This document shows positions 29,464 through 41,596 of a DNA stretch of 64,000 bases, in pieces. Under the pieces are notes generated by a model. The model worked only from the letters and a program-made list of their open reading frames with translations. It searched no databases and was not told the DNA's origin. Every line of letters begins with the position of its first letter. The stretch's first letter is position 1. The position numbers were made by a program, and so were the translations under genes. This DNA is from Zootoca vivipara (Eukaryota): NCBI RefSeq assembly GCF_963506605.1, contig NC_083288.1:38874001-38938000 (forward strand), written 5' to 3'.

Positions 29464-29687
29464 TTGCAGATAGGTAGCCGTGTTGGTCTGAGTCGAAACA
29501 AAATAAAAAAATTCCTTCAGTAGCACCTTAAAGACCAACTAAGTTTTTATTGTGGTATGAGCTTTCGTGTGCATGCACACTTCTTCAGAAGAAGAATGCA
29601 GAAGAAGAAGAAGTGTGCATACACACGAAAGCTCATACCAAAATAAAAACTTAGTTGGTCTTTAAGGTGCTACTGAAGGAATTTTTT
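29464..29687. mobile_element. Penelope-like inverted terminal-repeat pair with hammerhead motifs
   Basis: Two opposed copies of the repeat (arms about 29505-29586 and 29607-29688). Minus-strand CTGAAGA-stem-GAAAGCTCATACC at 29554-29588. 13-bp TSD TACTCTCAGGATG (29451-29463, 29688-29700). Confidence 0.8.
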
Positions 29688-30032
29688 TACTCTCAGGATG
29701 CTTAGCAAACTACAGTTACAGTACTAGGATTCCTTTGGGGAAGCCATGACTGTTTCACGTGGTATGCTACTACTTTAAATGTACAGTGCGGGGGGGGGGG
29801 AGCCCTTATCAGAGTTTAAGGACACATCCCAGTCAGGAGAAGGCATGGCTGCCCTGAGGAGAATCCCAAGGGCCAGGTAGAAAGGCTTGGAGGGCCACAC
29901 CTATTCCTTGGACTTGAGGTTCTCCTGTCCCAACCTATGCATTCCTATTCACATATTCTGTTTCTCAAACGCAAAGTAAACAATCAATTAATAATACTGT
30001 GTGTCCTTAACAGCTTAGGAGCTGCTTGAGAT

Positions 30033-33000
30033 ATGACCAATTTGGGGGTTCAGCCGCTTTGTATGGAAAGTTATGGCTCCCGCAGTGCTCAGCACTACCG
30101 GGCCTTGCCTGATGGGAGGCTAGACTGCATTCCGGACGGACCTCAAAATCAAGGATTCCGTTCAGTACGGGAGATCTTCATGGTGAGAAAACGGTTTCTG
30201 TTTGTTTGTGTTTCCAAAAGGCTCCTGAATGTTGTATATACAAATTATTATTATTTATTAAATTTATCTCTGTGTGTGTATATGTGTGTGTGTGGTTGTG
30301 GTTGTGGTTGTATATGGACACACACACAGACGTCCATTGTCCCTTTGTGCTTTTGCAGTACAGATTTAGCAGAGTGAATAGAAGGTCTGTTTGATGATAG
30401 TGGTTTAGGAAGAAGATACTGGAGTGATGGGATGAAGGATGCCCAGGGCCGGCTCTAGGTAGACCCCCGGTGGTGCAGTGTGTTAGGGCGCCGGGCCGGT
30501 AGGCTGGGCGCCGCGAAACCGCGCGGAAACTATGCTGCACCCTGTGAGGGCGGGGGCGCCGGAGGGATCTCCACCCCTCAGCACCAGGGCGCACGACCTG
30601 CTCGAGACTGCCCTGAGGATGCCTTGGTGTGTGTCAGGTGTGGGAGCAGAAAGGGATAAGTGATACCATATGCATCATGGATGCTGCATGATTTGTGTTT
30701 TTGAAGAAGGGAAATTGGTTGGGAACAGATGTAGGAGGACAGAATTTGGGTGTGATGTGTTATCTGTCAATGGGAGCCAGTGCTGCATATTATGCCAGGT
30801 TGTGCCTTGGCAAGAAGGAGGGTGAATGAAGAGGAAAAGGATCCCTGACTCTTAAAAGATGTTTTCAAAATGCTCAGCAAGCAACCCCTCTTCCCAGCGA
30901 ACTCTGGTTATTGTAGCTCTGGGAGGGGAATAGGGGGTCTTGTAGCAGCTCTCAGCACCACTAATAAACTACAGTTCCCAGAATAGGATTCTTGGGGGAA
31001 GCCATGACAGTTAAAGGGGTATCATACCGCTTGAAACATATCGTGTGGATGTGGCCTTAAGTGTGGGCATAAAAGGCAACGTATCCCTGGGATGCAAAAA
31101 CAATGCTCTTAAAAAAATCAAAGAGGGGCTGCTGAGCCCACAACCAACTTGGGATGGGGATGAGAGGGGAAACATGTGGCAAGAAGTCTGAAGTACTCCG
31201 ACAGTAAAAACGGATATGTCTCAGTGCGTTGTGAATGTAACAACAACAACCTCTATTCTCTTTCCTGTAGTTGGTCTTCCTACCCCAGGGTTATCCTGAA
31301 AGTGTGAGTTCAGACTACCTGGCCTACCAGATTTGGGACACAGTGCAGGTGAGGGCTCTATTCTCCATCCTGGTGGGTCAGGGGTGGTGGTGGCCTGCTT
31401 TTCAGTGGGATGTTTGGTTTCCAACATCCTGCTCGTCCTCTTCATTATCAGAGGCTGGAAAAAGTGAGGGCATCAGTTCTGTGGAGGGTATTTTTTAAAG
31501 GAAGTCTTTTGGCTTGGATGGAACTGTGTGTGGTTTGAGGCGGGATAGGATAGCGAAGGCTCAAGGGAAGGTCTCAAACGGGTGGTTAAGTGGGGCAAAA
31601 CCCCTCCTCTGTTCTGCCTTAACTGCTCCCCCTCTCTTTCCCCCGCCCCAACCCAGGCCTTTGCCAGTAGCATCACAGGGACTCTGGCCACCCAGGCTGT
31701 GCTGAAAGGGGTGGGAGTCGGGGATGAGGCTTCAACCGTCACAGCTGCTACTGTCACATGGATCCTGAAAGGTGGGATTTGCCCTTCTGTTAATCCTCTG
31801 CGACTTTCCCTCTTCTGATCCTTTCCCACAGTTAAAGGTAGCTCGAGGTGCTTGCTTGGAGCTTTAAATAAATGCTTAGTAAGCGTTTAAACAACACTTA
31901 AATTACTGGTGCCCACAAAATCAAACCCACTTTACTGCCCCACGACATTTAGGAACACCAGAAACGGAAGGGCTAGCAGTATAAAGAGTAAAACTAATGC
32001 AATAGAGCCCATGGCTGAATGTGGCCTCGGTTTCAGCAAGCAGGGGGAAAGAAAAGTGCCATGTAAAACTGCTCCCTCGGAGCCTTTCCCCAAATCTGTT
32101 CATCTTGATTTGAACCCAGAACCACTCAGGTTAAGGTGACCCCCTCATCACTGTTCTCCCTTTTCCAGTGCATTCCTTATCTTGCCGGCAATATAGTCTC
32201 TACCCCACTCCAAAAAGAAGCTCTTGTAACTTGCAGATTCAAACTGTGTTGCGAGCCAGCTTCCTGTATCCTCCATTCTCATGTGGACCAGTTGCCCCTT
32301 TGTGGCAGCCATTGATGTGTGCTCTCTATCCCTTCTTCCTCAGATGGGACTGGGATGCTGGGCCGAATTCTCTTTGCCTGGAGTAAGGGGTGAGTCCTGC
32401 TTCTGTCCTATGTTGTTGGTGCTGGTGGGGGGGGGGGGGGGGAAGGAAACGTGCTAGGGTGGGACTGTTCATATTTTATTTATTCCCTTGTTATAAGAGC
32501 TTAAGAAGCGCATTGCTGGATCAGGCCATAAGCCCCATTTAGCCCCAGATGCCTATGGGGAGCCCAAAAGGAGGACCTGAGGGCTACAAAGGGTTTTCTC
32601 CCCACTTGAGATTTTCTACCTCCCATGAGGCCTCCGGCAGCGGGTGTGGAACATAGCTCTCATGGCTAGAAGCCGTTGCTATCCCACCTTTCCTTCAGGT
32701 GGCATACATGTTTTTACGCCCCCTGCCCCAATTTTATCCCTACAGCAATCGTATGAGGTAGGCTAGGCTGCAAGGAGGGGCTTCGTGGCTGAGTGGGGGT
32801 CTGAACCTTGGTCTTCTGCCCAGTCCTAATCTTTGGAGGTCTTTAAGCGGAGGCTTGACAGCCATCTGTCAGGAATGCTTTGATGGTGTTTCCTGCTTGG
32901 CAGGGGGTTGGACTGGATGGCCCTTGTGGTCTCTTCCAACTCTCTAATTCTATGATTCTATGACATTCTGACCACCGACTGTTTTCCGAGTTTGATCTCT

Positions 33001-33373
33001 AAGGGGCCCTGTCCTTCTTCTCCTTCCCACATTATCCCATTTCCTTTTTATCTTCCAGGAGCAAACTGGACTGCGATGCAAAGCAATGGAGGTAAAGAGG
33101 GGGTGTTTTGACTTCCTCCTCTCTAGCTGCATGTCTAAAATTAGGTACAAATCCAGTACTTTATCACCAACTGTACTTTCTGTAGGACACTTTTAGACAT
33201 ATGTTCCAGTTGGAAGGACGGTTTATGGCTTTGCTTGAGTGCTAGTTTTGGTTTACAGGCACACATATGTGGCCATCCGTGGTATGATAAGAAGCAAGAC
33301 CAATAGTAGCCTTATTTGGTGTGTGTTTACTTATTAATTTCACTGATGGCTCCAATTTTTTTTGAAATACATG

Positions 33374-33410
<37 letters not shown>

Positions 33411-36400
33411 ATATATATGTATTAATATTATTGACTACTGGGGAATACAATAAGGGCAAAATGTGTTTGGGTTTATTTTACTGAGTTGAGTGATTTTAGG
33501 TCATGTTTGTAATTGTTTATACTTGTGATATAAAATGATTTTATAACACCAGTTCCACATTATTTCAACTTGTATTGTTTGGATATTTAGGTTCCAGATT
33601 ACTGACAATTGCATTCTCGTGGGTGTTGTGCTTAGACACTTAATGGGTCACTCTTTGATTGACATTTAATTCCCCCCCCCAAAAAAATACCCCCTTAGGC
33701 TTTTTGCTGATGTCCTGAATGACATGGCCATCTTAATGGAGATCCTGGCCCCAGCATTCCCAGCATGCTTCACTCTCATTGTGTGCATCAGTGGCTTCTT
33801 CAAGGTAAAAATAAACAAATGAGGAGGGATGGGAGTTGGCTTGGTGAGATGTTGGGATAATTGAGATGTGCAACTGGAGTGGAACTTGGCGGGTATAACT
33901 GGGTGAGACATTTATTGTAAGACCACTTTCACACAGTATGTTAAAAGGACTATGGTGCCACTTTAAACAGTCGTGGCTTCCTCCAAAGAATTCTAGGACC
34001 TGAAGTTTACCCTCACAGAACTACAATTTCCAGAGTTCACTGGGGATTGGCTGTTAAACCACCCTGGGTATTCTACTCTGGGAGGAAAATTAGGGGTCTT
34101 TTAAGAACTCTCCACACCCTTAACAAGCTACAGTTCCCAGAATTCTTTGGGTTTGACATGGTATCGCCGTGCTTTAAATGTGCAAATATGGCCTAAGGCT
34201 TCTGTGAGCCAGTATTGGGACAAAACTTGGTGTCCATTTTCATCTTAATTTTCCTGATGGGTTGTGGATACCCCGGGGGGCTGAGGAGGTAATGGTGTCA
34301 TGTTCTGCCGTTTGTTTGGAGGATTATGTAGTTGTGTCTGTGTGTGACCCACAAAGCTTTCTGTTCTCCTTCCATCTCCTTTTTTCTCTCCTCTCTGCTT
34401 CAGTGCATTGTGGGAGTTGCTGGAGGGGCCACTCGGGCAGCCCTCACCATGCACCAGGCCCGGCGGGACAACATGGCCGATGTTTCGGCCAAAGATGGAA
34501 GCCAGGTGAGAACTCTAGGGGGTGTGGAGAGAATGAGGCATGCATTTGCCAACTCTTGTTAGGACTGTGCAGGGACTGCGAAAGGCCTGAGGCCTACCAT
34601 TTGCCCTCTGGTGACGTCCACTCTTGTTTACCCAGGAGACCCTGGTGAACCTAGCTGGCCTCTTCTTCAGTCTTCTCCTCATTCCTCTTGTAGCAGACAA
34701 TCTCCGGTGAGTGGAAGGATCCCTGCCTTGCTGGCCTTTTCCCATCTGTCCTGGGAGAGTGGAGTGCGGACTGACTCCAACTACAGAAGCTGAGGCTGTT
34801 GAACAGATTCTTGGGCTGGAGTATTGTTTTGGGGGGGTTGGGAGAGGTTGTTGCTGTTATTGATATTGTTGTTGTATCTTTAGTTTTAGATCTTATGATT
34901 TACGTGGAAATCGTTTCCATTTGGCTGTGTACTTTTTGATGTGTTTTATTTATTGTTTACGACTTTTGTTACGTTTGTAGTTATGTAAATCTTGTCATGT
35001 TGTAAGCCGCCTTGAGCATGGTTTTAACTATGGAAAGGCGGCATACAAATAAAATGATGGCGATGATGATCCTACCTCTCTCTGTGTCGCGTGGTAGGGA
35101 GTGTGGAAAAGTCAGGTTTTACAAGGATAAAAGGAATGGAAGTGTTTGGCAGGGGCCACTGAAGGGACAGAGGAAAGTCCTTTCTTAGGTGAGACTTTTC
35201 TCTGATTTGTCTGCTTTCTTTCTCTTCAGCCTCACTTATTCCCTCTACGGCCTCTTCACTGCCTTGCATCTCTACGCCAATTATAGGGCGGTACGGTCCG
35301 TCTGCATGGAAACCCTCAACCGTGCCCGGCTCCGCCTGGTCTTGCGGCATTTTTTGCAGCGGGGGAAAGTGCTGGGCCCTGCTCTCGCCAACCCTCAGGA
35401 GCCTCTCGTGCCAGGTAACGAAGGGCTTGTTTGTAGGGGGAAGGAGGAGTGGTGCCGCCTGAGAGCTTTGTCCGTGCTCATGCCTCCATCTCCTCTTCTC
35501 CTCCCTCCCCCCCATCCTTTGGCGGTAGAGGGAGACCATAGAACTGACAGTCACATTACACCCTAGGTCAGAGATGCCCTAGGCCAAATGCAGCCCTCCA
35601 GGTCTCTGTATGGGTCGCTCAGCTCTCCTCAGTGACATCTCCAGTTGTAGATGAGAGCCATAGTCTAAAACAGGCACCCCAAAACGGCGGCCCTCCAGAT
35701 GTTTTGGCCCACAACTCCCATGATCCCTAGCTAACAGGACCAGTGGTTGGGGAAGATGGGAATTGTAGTCCAAAACATTTGGAGGGCCGAAGTTTGGGGG
35801 TGCCTGGCCTAAAACATTTGAAGGGTACAAGGTCAGGGAAGGTTTTGCCAGCATGTCTGTCACGGCGGTGACATACCTTGGTTTCGCCAACATGGTGGGA
35901 CTTCAGCAAAAGGCCCTCAGGGTCGCATCCTTAAAAACCCAGAGGTTTCCTCCCCCGTATCTTGCCTAGGGTTTCAGCAGGAGCTCAGGATGAACCTTGG
36001 GACACCACTCCGCACTGTGGCCTCCAGGTGAGTAAGAACTATCAGGTGCCCCTTTAACCCTCCATTCTCTGGAGGATAATTTGTTCCTAAGCTTGCCGTT
36101 TCTTCGTGAAGTTTTTCAACCCACTTATTATAACTAAAAATGTCCAAGTGCATGACATAAAAATGATGAAAACAATAGCAATAACAATCGAATAAGATTT
36201 CCTAGGAATCTGCTTTAAAAACAAAAAAGTACATATCACAAAACTGAGCAGTGCACAGGACAGAGAATTAAACGTGCAAGAGTCCAGGACAAGCTTGGAT
36301 AAGCGGACTTTTGAAAGTGGTTTTCGAATGTGTCACAAATTCCTTGAGGGGAAGGCATTCCAGAGGGTGGGGGGCGATCACTTCCGCATTGTTGCCATGT

Positions 36401-39400
36401 GACAGTGTGTAAATATAACCTGGAAAACCCCATGCATTTATTCTACTGAAAGGCAGGCTTCTAGATGCAGCCTTTAGTCCCAGGGCCTAAACTATTCTTC
36501 CTGGGTGCAGAGGAGTCCCAGACGTTTGTCTTTCAGATTGAATTTCCCATTCATGAATTTCTCTTCCAACTCCAACCAGAGTTGCAGATTTCCAGAAAGC
36601 CCTTGAAGGGAATTCCACAAATTACTTAATCTTCTTCAACCGAGCAGCAGGTGGGTTGGTGAGAAAGTTGCATCTATGAAGTGTCTGGCTATTAAGAGTG
36701 CAATACTAATTTTGTCTACTCTATTGAATTCAGTGGGGCCTATTCCCACGTAAACGGGGTTAGGATTGCAGCCTGAGGCATGTGTGAAGTTTCCTAGCAA
36801 TGTGGCATGAAAAAGAGAGAGGTTGTAAATGAGTTTGGTTTTTAAAAAAAATCTCATACATACTGTATATCCTTTTTTCACCACATTTTTTGTTCTGTAT
36901 TTCCCCCCCCCCAATTATTAGATTGTTGTATTTTGATTACTGTCAGCCTCAGAGCATATATTAATATAGAAAGGTAGGGTATAAACTGGCGTAGCAGAAG
37001 CAATAACAATTGTTGTTGTTGTTTAGTCGTTTAGTCGTGTCCGACTCTTTGTGACCCCATGGACCATAGGACACCAGGCACTCCTGTCTTCCAGTAACAA
37101 TAGCAATAACAATAGAGATGGATATTTCAAGGGGCAGTGAGGTTTGGACCATGAACTAAAGTTACCTGTTTTAAAAATTGATCCTGAATTCCCAATCCCA
37201 GTTCACGGCTTCACTCTCTGCCAGAGTAAAGGCTGGTCTGGATGCAACCTCTGGCGGCAGATCTGGGGTCCTAGTAGAAAGGTGTGTCAACATGTGAGAT
37301 ACTGAGCACCATCTTGGCTGTGAGTCCTGGAAAACCTGCTGCCTGCCTTACAGGCCTTACAGGACTGACTCCAGCTACAAAAACCGCTGAACATACTCTT
37401 AGGCTGTGGTATTGTTTAAGTTGGGGTTTTTTTGTAGTAAGTTAATGGTATTGATTTCTGTATCTTTATTTTTAGATCTTATTATTTAAGTGGAAATTGT
37501 TTCAATTTGGTTGTGTACTTTTTATGTGTTTCATTTATTGTTTATTACTTTTGTTAGGTTTGCAATGGTGCAAATCTCGTCACCATTGAGCACATTAAGC
37601 CACCTTGAGCACAGTTTTAACTGGTGCTTTTTTTTTCCCCTTAAAAAATGTTTAGGGGCACTCTCATTTTTGACTCAAGAAAATCACCATTTTATAGTTC
37701 AAATAAGGAAAAATAAATACAGTAAATGGACAAAAGTACAAAGATTCACAAAATGCTTAGGGGTATGCATACCCCCGAGTCCCCTCCAGGAAAAAAAAAA
37801 AGCACTGGTTTTAACTATGGAAAGGCGGCATACAAATAAAAGGATGGCGATGGCCTTGCCCCATCTCTCTCCCTCCATCCCCAGGGACTGTCTCCGTTCT
37901 CCTACACCGACTGGCAGGCAGCGTGGATGTAATTAAAGCCTGCACTCATGCCTTCTTCCTGGAAGCCCTGCTGTACCAAGACGTGGCAATGTCTGCCTTG
38001 GAGGAAGAATCTCTCTTGAATCTGCAGCGTCGTCTTCGTGAAGGTGATGAACCAGGAGGGAAGGGGAGTGGGGAGCAACTACAGCTCAGTGGGGGGTGGG
38101 GCACACACCTTTCCCCTTCTATTTCTGGCATCTCCACTTATAAGACGGGTGAAGAATCTTACCCTCCGCTCCTGTGGAGAGTGGCAGCTGGGCCCAGAGC
38201 CAAAAGTGGGCGGGACACCCTTCTTGTGTCTCTTTTCCCACCCCACCCCACCCCCATTTCTGCCCTTTGGGCCACCTGCATGAAATCAGGTTGAGGACTG
38301 TGTGAAATCAGGCAGAGGGGCACGTGGTGGTGTAGTGTAGTGGTGAGAGTGCTGGGCTTGGGGGAGCAGGGTTCAAGTCCCCACTCAGCAAGGAAGCTGA
38401 CTGGGCTACTTTGAGTCAGTTCTTCTCTTGGAGGGTTGTGGATGAGGATGAAATGAGGAGGAGGAGAACCTTGTACACAGCCACATACTTCTTGGAAGAA
38501 AGGGGGGGGGACATAGAAATGTATTAATAAAACGAAATTAAAACAGCTGTCCATCGGAGGCTTAAAGGATATGACTTAAAGGGTTGGGAATGTGCTCTTT
38601 TTTCTGACATTGTACCGCCAGTCAAAATGGATGATGCTGGGTTGTCAGGCAGCATAAAGACAGCTGCTTCCGTCCTTATTTTCCGTCGTGTGTTTTTGTT
38701 TTTTAGAGAGAGATTTTCCCCTTCCTATTGCGCTGATCCTTGATAGTTTATTTTATTTGCATTTATAGCCCACCGTATACTTAGTCCAATACAATACAAG
38801 CAGCATGCTAGGGCACAAGATTCAATCAAGTTTCAATCAAGTATTATTAGTACAAAAAGAAAACAATAAGAGAACCATGTACAAGTGCTGACACAGAAGC
38901 CAAAACCAAACGTCAAGCAGATAGCATATACAAATAAATACCAAAAGGCATCCCCAAACTGCGGCCCTCCAGATGTTTTGGCCTACAACTCCCATGATCC
39001 CTAGCTAACAGGACCGCTATATAGCCTCAAAGACCATAAAGACTGGTTTGCCTTTCGGTATTTATTTGTATATGCTATCTCAGGGGTCCCCAAACTACGG
39101 CCCCCGGGCCGGATGCGGCCCAATCGGCCTCCCAATCCGGCCCGCGACGACCCCTGCCGCCCGCTGCCGCCGCCCGCTCTTACGGCGCGTGGCGCGGCGA
39201 CGATCTTAAAAATCGGCAAAAAATCGCCGAAAATCCTTTGTGCACATGCGTATGGGCCTCTCCCGACCCAGAAGAGGTCATTTCCGATGCACTTCCGGGT
39301 CGGGGGAGGCCCATACGCATGCGCACAAGCAATTTTCGGCGATTTTTTCCCGACCGTGTGCGTGCGCGCATGCGCACGGGCGCGCACTCCCCCGCCCTCC

Positions 39401-40520
39401 GGCCCGCTGCGCGCGCACTCCCCTGCCCTCCGGCCCGCTGCGCGGTAAGTCTGGGGACCCCTGTGCTATCTGCTTGACGTTTGGTTTTGGCTTCTGTGTC
39501 AGCACTTGTACATGGTTCTCTTATTGTTTTCTTTTTGTACTAATAATACTTGATTGAAACTTGATTGAATCTTGTGCCCTTGCGTGCTGCTTGTATTGTA
39601 TTGGACTTTTGAAGAAATTGGCAGCATTAGCCCATTATTTCAGTGTTCACCGTATACTTAGAGCTCAAGTGGGAACAATCTACCCATTTTAATATGCTCT
39701 GCTCTTTTCTTGGTATAGCTCTGTCAGGGAAGATGCTGTGATTTCCTTCCTTTTTTCTTCTTTTTTGGATCATTCAGAACCCGAGAATAAGGACAGCACT
39801 GCGATTTCTGAAACACATCAGCTGTTGGACAAAGTATTTCCCAAATTCCTGGCAGGTATGGTGGGGGTCGTGATATAGATGCTGACCTTTACTTAAAAAA
39901 ATAAAAAAATATTCTGAATGAGAGCGCCGAGCAAAGCTACATTTCCATGACCTGTGTAAGTTATGAAAATTAGGTAAGTTATGAAAATTCAATAGATTTG
40001 CATCTAGCTGCTTGTTTAGCTGTACATAATAATAAGATTAGTATAATAGTATACTAATTAGATCTGGGGAAAGGGAATCACCCCTGTTAGAACCCCTGCT
40101 CAGATCCTCTCTAATTTCAGAACTTTGATATCAGGCTTTTCCCATCACAGATTTTCAACTTAATCCTAGGGGGTAGAAACTTGCTTTCCTTTAAAAAGAC
40201 TGCAGAAGTTTTTATGATTTCTCATGCTGTTTCTGCTTGCAAGAATCCTCACTCCCCCCCCCAAAAAAAACCCCATTCAGTCCTGTTTATATTTCACCCT
40301 TCTGCACTGTCCTGTATCAAGAGCGGTAGGAGCAGGGAAGTGTAGGTTGAGAATGAATTGAATGTATAGCTGTAGCTCAACAAGACTCCCTTCCTTTCAC
40401 TTTGGACCCACCCGTCGCTTCCAAGGATTGACAGCAGCAGGATGGGTAACAGACCGGAACCTTCTGGGCCCTGACGAGTGGCGCATGGATTGGACCATCC
40501 CCGAAAAGAAAACCCTTTAA
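30033..40520 (+). CDS. RUSF1: RUS family member 1 (C16orf58, DUF647), about 448 aa, 14 coding exons
   Basis: Exons 30033-30182, 31271-31348 (LVFLPQGYPESVSSDYLAYQIWDTVQ), 31657-31771 (AFASSITGTLATQAVLKGVGVG), 32344-32389, 33059-33091 (SKLDCDAKQWR), 33699-33804, 34404-34505 (CIVGVAGGATRAALTMHQARRDNMADVSAKDGSQ), 34636-34706, 35230-35414, 35970-36027, 36580-36650, 37885-38043, 39778-39855 and 40426-40520. 1347 nt in frame, GT-AG throughout. Confidence 0.95.
30444..30615. mobile_element. GC-rich non-autonomous hAT element
   Basis: TIRs CAGGGCCGGCTC / GAGACTGCCCTG, perfect 8-bp TSD AGGATGCC. Confidence 0.85.
32830..32962 (+). mobile_element. CR1 LINE 3' end
   Basis: GGGGGTTGGACTGGATGGCC...TTCCAACTCT...ATTCTATGATTCTATGA, the octamer tail typical of CR1. 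Confidence 0.8.
33376..33408. repeat. (TG)n microsatellite
   Basis: Read directly from the sequence. Confidence 0.95.
35671..35806. mobile_element. 136-bp palindromic hAT MITE
   Basis: TIR CAGGCACCCCAAA, TSD G(T/C)CTAAAA. Confidence 0.88.
37010..37093 (-). mobile_element. BovB extreme 3' fragment
   Basis: (TTG)n-TTTAGTCGTTTAGTCGTGTCCGACTC... matches the tail of the 60577 element. Confidence 0.85.
37622..37807. mobile_element. Small DNA transposon nested in a LINE-like 3' tail
   Basis: Ends (T)GGTGCTTTTTTTT / AAAAAAAAGCACTG, 8-bp TSD GTTTTAAC. The host repeat (about 37360-37850) is found uninterrupted at about 34765-35070. Confidence 0.75.
38325..38530 (+). mobile_element. tRNA-derived SINE remnant (similar old copies at about 2805-2990 and 54380-54580)
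   Basis: A-box-like GGTGTAGTGTAGTGG and B-box-like GGTTCAAGTCCC, followed by a core and AT-rich tail. Confidence 0.55.
38785..39647. mobile_element. Long inverted-repeat insertion (PLE-like architecture, different family) with nested hAT elements
   Basis: The 168-bp arm at 38783-38950 is the reverse complement of 39049-39080 plus 39472-39607 (about 3 mismatches). 14-bp TSD CACCGTATACTTAG (38771-38784, 39648-39661). Confidence 0.7.
39081..39463. mobile_element. CpG-rich non-autonomous hAT DNA transposon
   Basis: Terminal inverted repeats (TIRs) CAGGGGTCCCCAAACT / AGTCTGGGGACCCCTG, perfect 8-bp TSD TGCTATCT, internal hairpin at about 39217-39348. Confidence 0.9.
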
Positions 40521-40708
40521 CTCCAAGAGACGTTTAACCTGACGACTTGCTAAAGCCTTGGGAGGAGTGGATCTCAGTTGCCACAGTGGTGCCAGAAGGG
40601 CTGTCTCTGCCTCACGTGGGGTGGTCAGAGTTTTTAATGCCAAAATGGAGGAGAGCCCAGGGTACCTGCTCCCTCCCTGATTTTTTGAGGGTGAGCGGGA
40701 AACACAAA

Positions 40709-40714
40709 AATAAA
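40709..40714 (+). terminator. Candidate RUSF1 polyadenylation signal
   Basis: AATAAA about 190 nt after the stop, with a downstream GT/T-rich element. Confidence 0.6.
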
Positions 40715-40988
40715 CCTTTTTTAAATATATATAAACGTGAAGTTTAAAAGTGTTTCTTCTTTTGCATTTTGTGTGTGAAAATTTTATGTATGTTGAAGTA
40801 GTAGTTTTGCAGTACCGATAACTTCCTTGTGCACTTTTGAGGCCTGTATTTGTCAAATTGAACATTCACGCAGACACATCTCCATTCCTGGCAGAATAAG
40901 TTGCAGTGGGAACTTACCCTCCTTCAGATTCCCCATTTGCCTCCGGCTTAGAACATACAAAAGCACATTGGCCATTTTCACAGTCACA

Positions 40989-40994
40989 TTTATT
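40989..40994 (-). terminator. Candidate SLC5A2 polyadenylation signal
   Basis: Plus-strand TTTATT reads AATAAA on the minus strand, about 1.06 kb after the SLC5A2 stop. Confidence 0.5.
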
Positions 40995-41163
40995 CCCCCA
41001 TTCTTTGGCCTCTCTGTTTTCCACTGGGTCTGGATGCTGCTGGTGCTGTCAGATGTGTAGCTTTCTGGGGGGGGATGGGCAGGCCAGCATTGTCTACCTC
41101 AAACCAAGTAATAAGGGAGGTACCCTTGTGCCTGACTCTCATGACCTCCATGTGGCTCTGGAG

Positions 41164-41299
41164 CAGGCATCCCCAAACTTCGGCCCTCCAGATGTTTTGG
41201 ACTACAATTCCCATCTTCCCCAACCACTGGTCCTGTTAGCTAGGGATCATGGGAGTTGTAGGCCAAAACATCTGGAGGGCCGCAGTTTGGGGATGCCTG
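41164..41299. mobile_element. 136-bp palindromic hAT MITE in the probable SLC5A2 3' UTR
   Basis: TIR CAGGCATCCCCAAACT, TSD CTCTGGAG. Confidence 0.9.
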
Positions 41300-41547
41300 C
41301 TCTGGAGGAACTGAACAACCCCTGCTACATTGACCTTCGTGAAAATGGTGATGACGGCATGAGGGTTACTTGGATTCCAGGGGCCGCACACATTTGATGA
41401 AGGTGAAAAGCATTGAGAGAACGTGTGTGGTTTGGATGACCAGACCTAAGAAAAGCATGGACAAGAAGCTAGAATGTCTTGCTCTAGGGACTTGAATGGG
41501 TGAGGACCCCAGGTGCAAAATCGGTGGGGCCCCCAAGAAGAACATGC

Positions 41548-41549
<2 letters not shown>

Positions 41550-41593
<44 letters not shown>
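41550..41593. repeat. (TAT)n microsatellite
   Basis: Read directly from the sequence. Confidence 0.95.

Positions 41594-41596
<3 letters not shown>

Noticed and set aside
29607-29640. Plus-strand hammerhead in the RUSF1 pre-mRNA
   Set aside because: Lacks the CU of the CUGANGA core and has no stem I, so it is not predicted to cleave.
38325-38400. tRNA gene
   Set aside because: Only degenerate A/B boxes with no cloverleaf; it continues into a SINE body.
39001-39557. Several overlapping GC-rich ORFs
   Set aside because: They lie within a non-autonomous transposon palindrome and show no transposase motifs.
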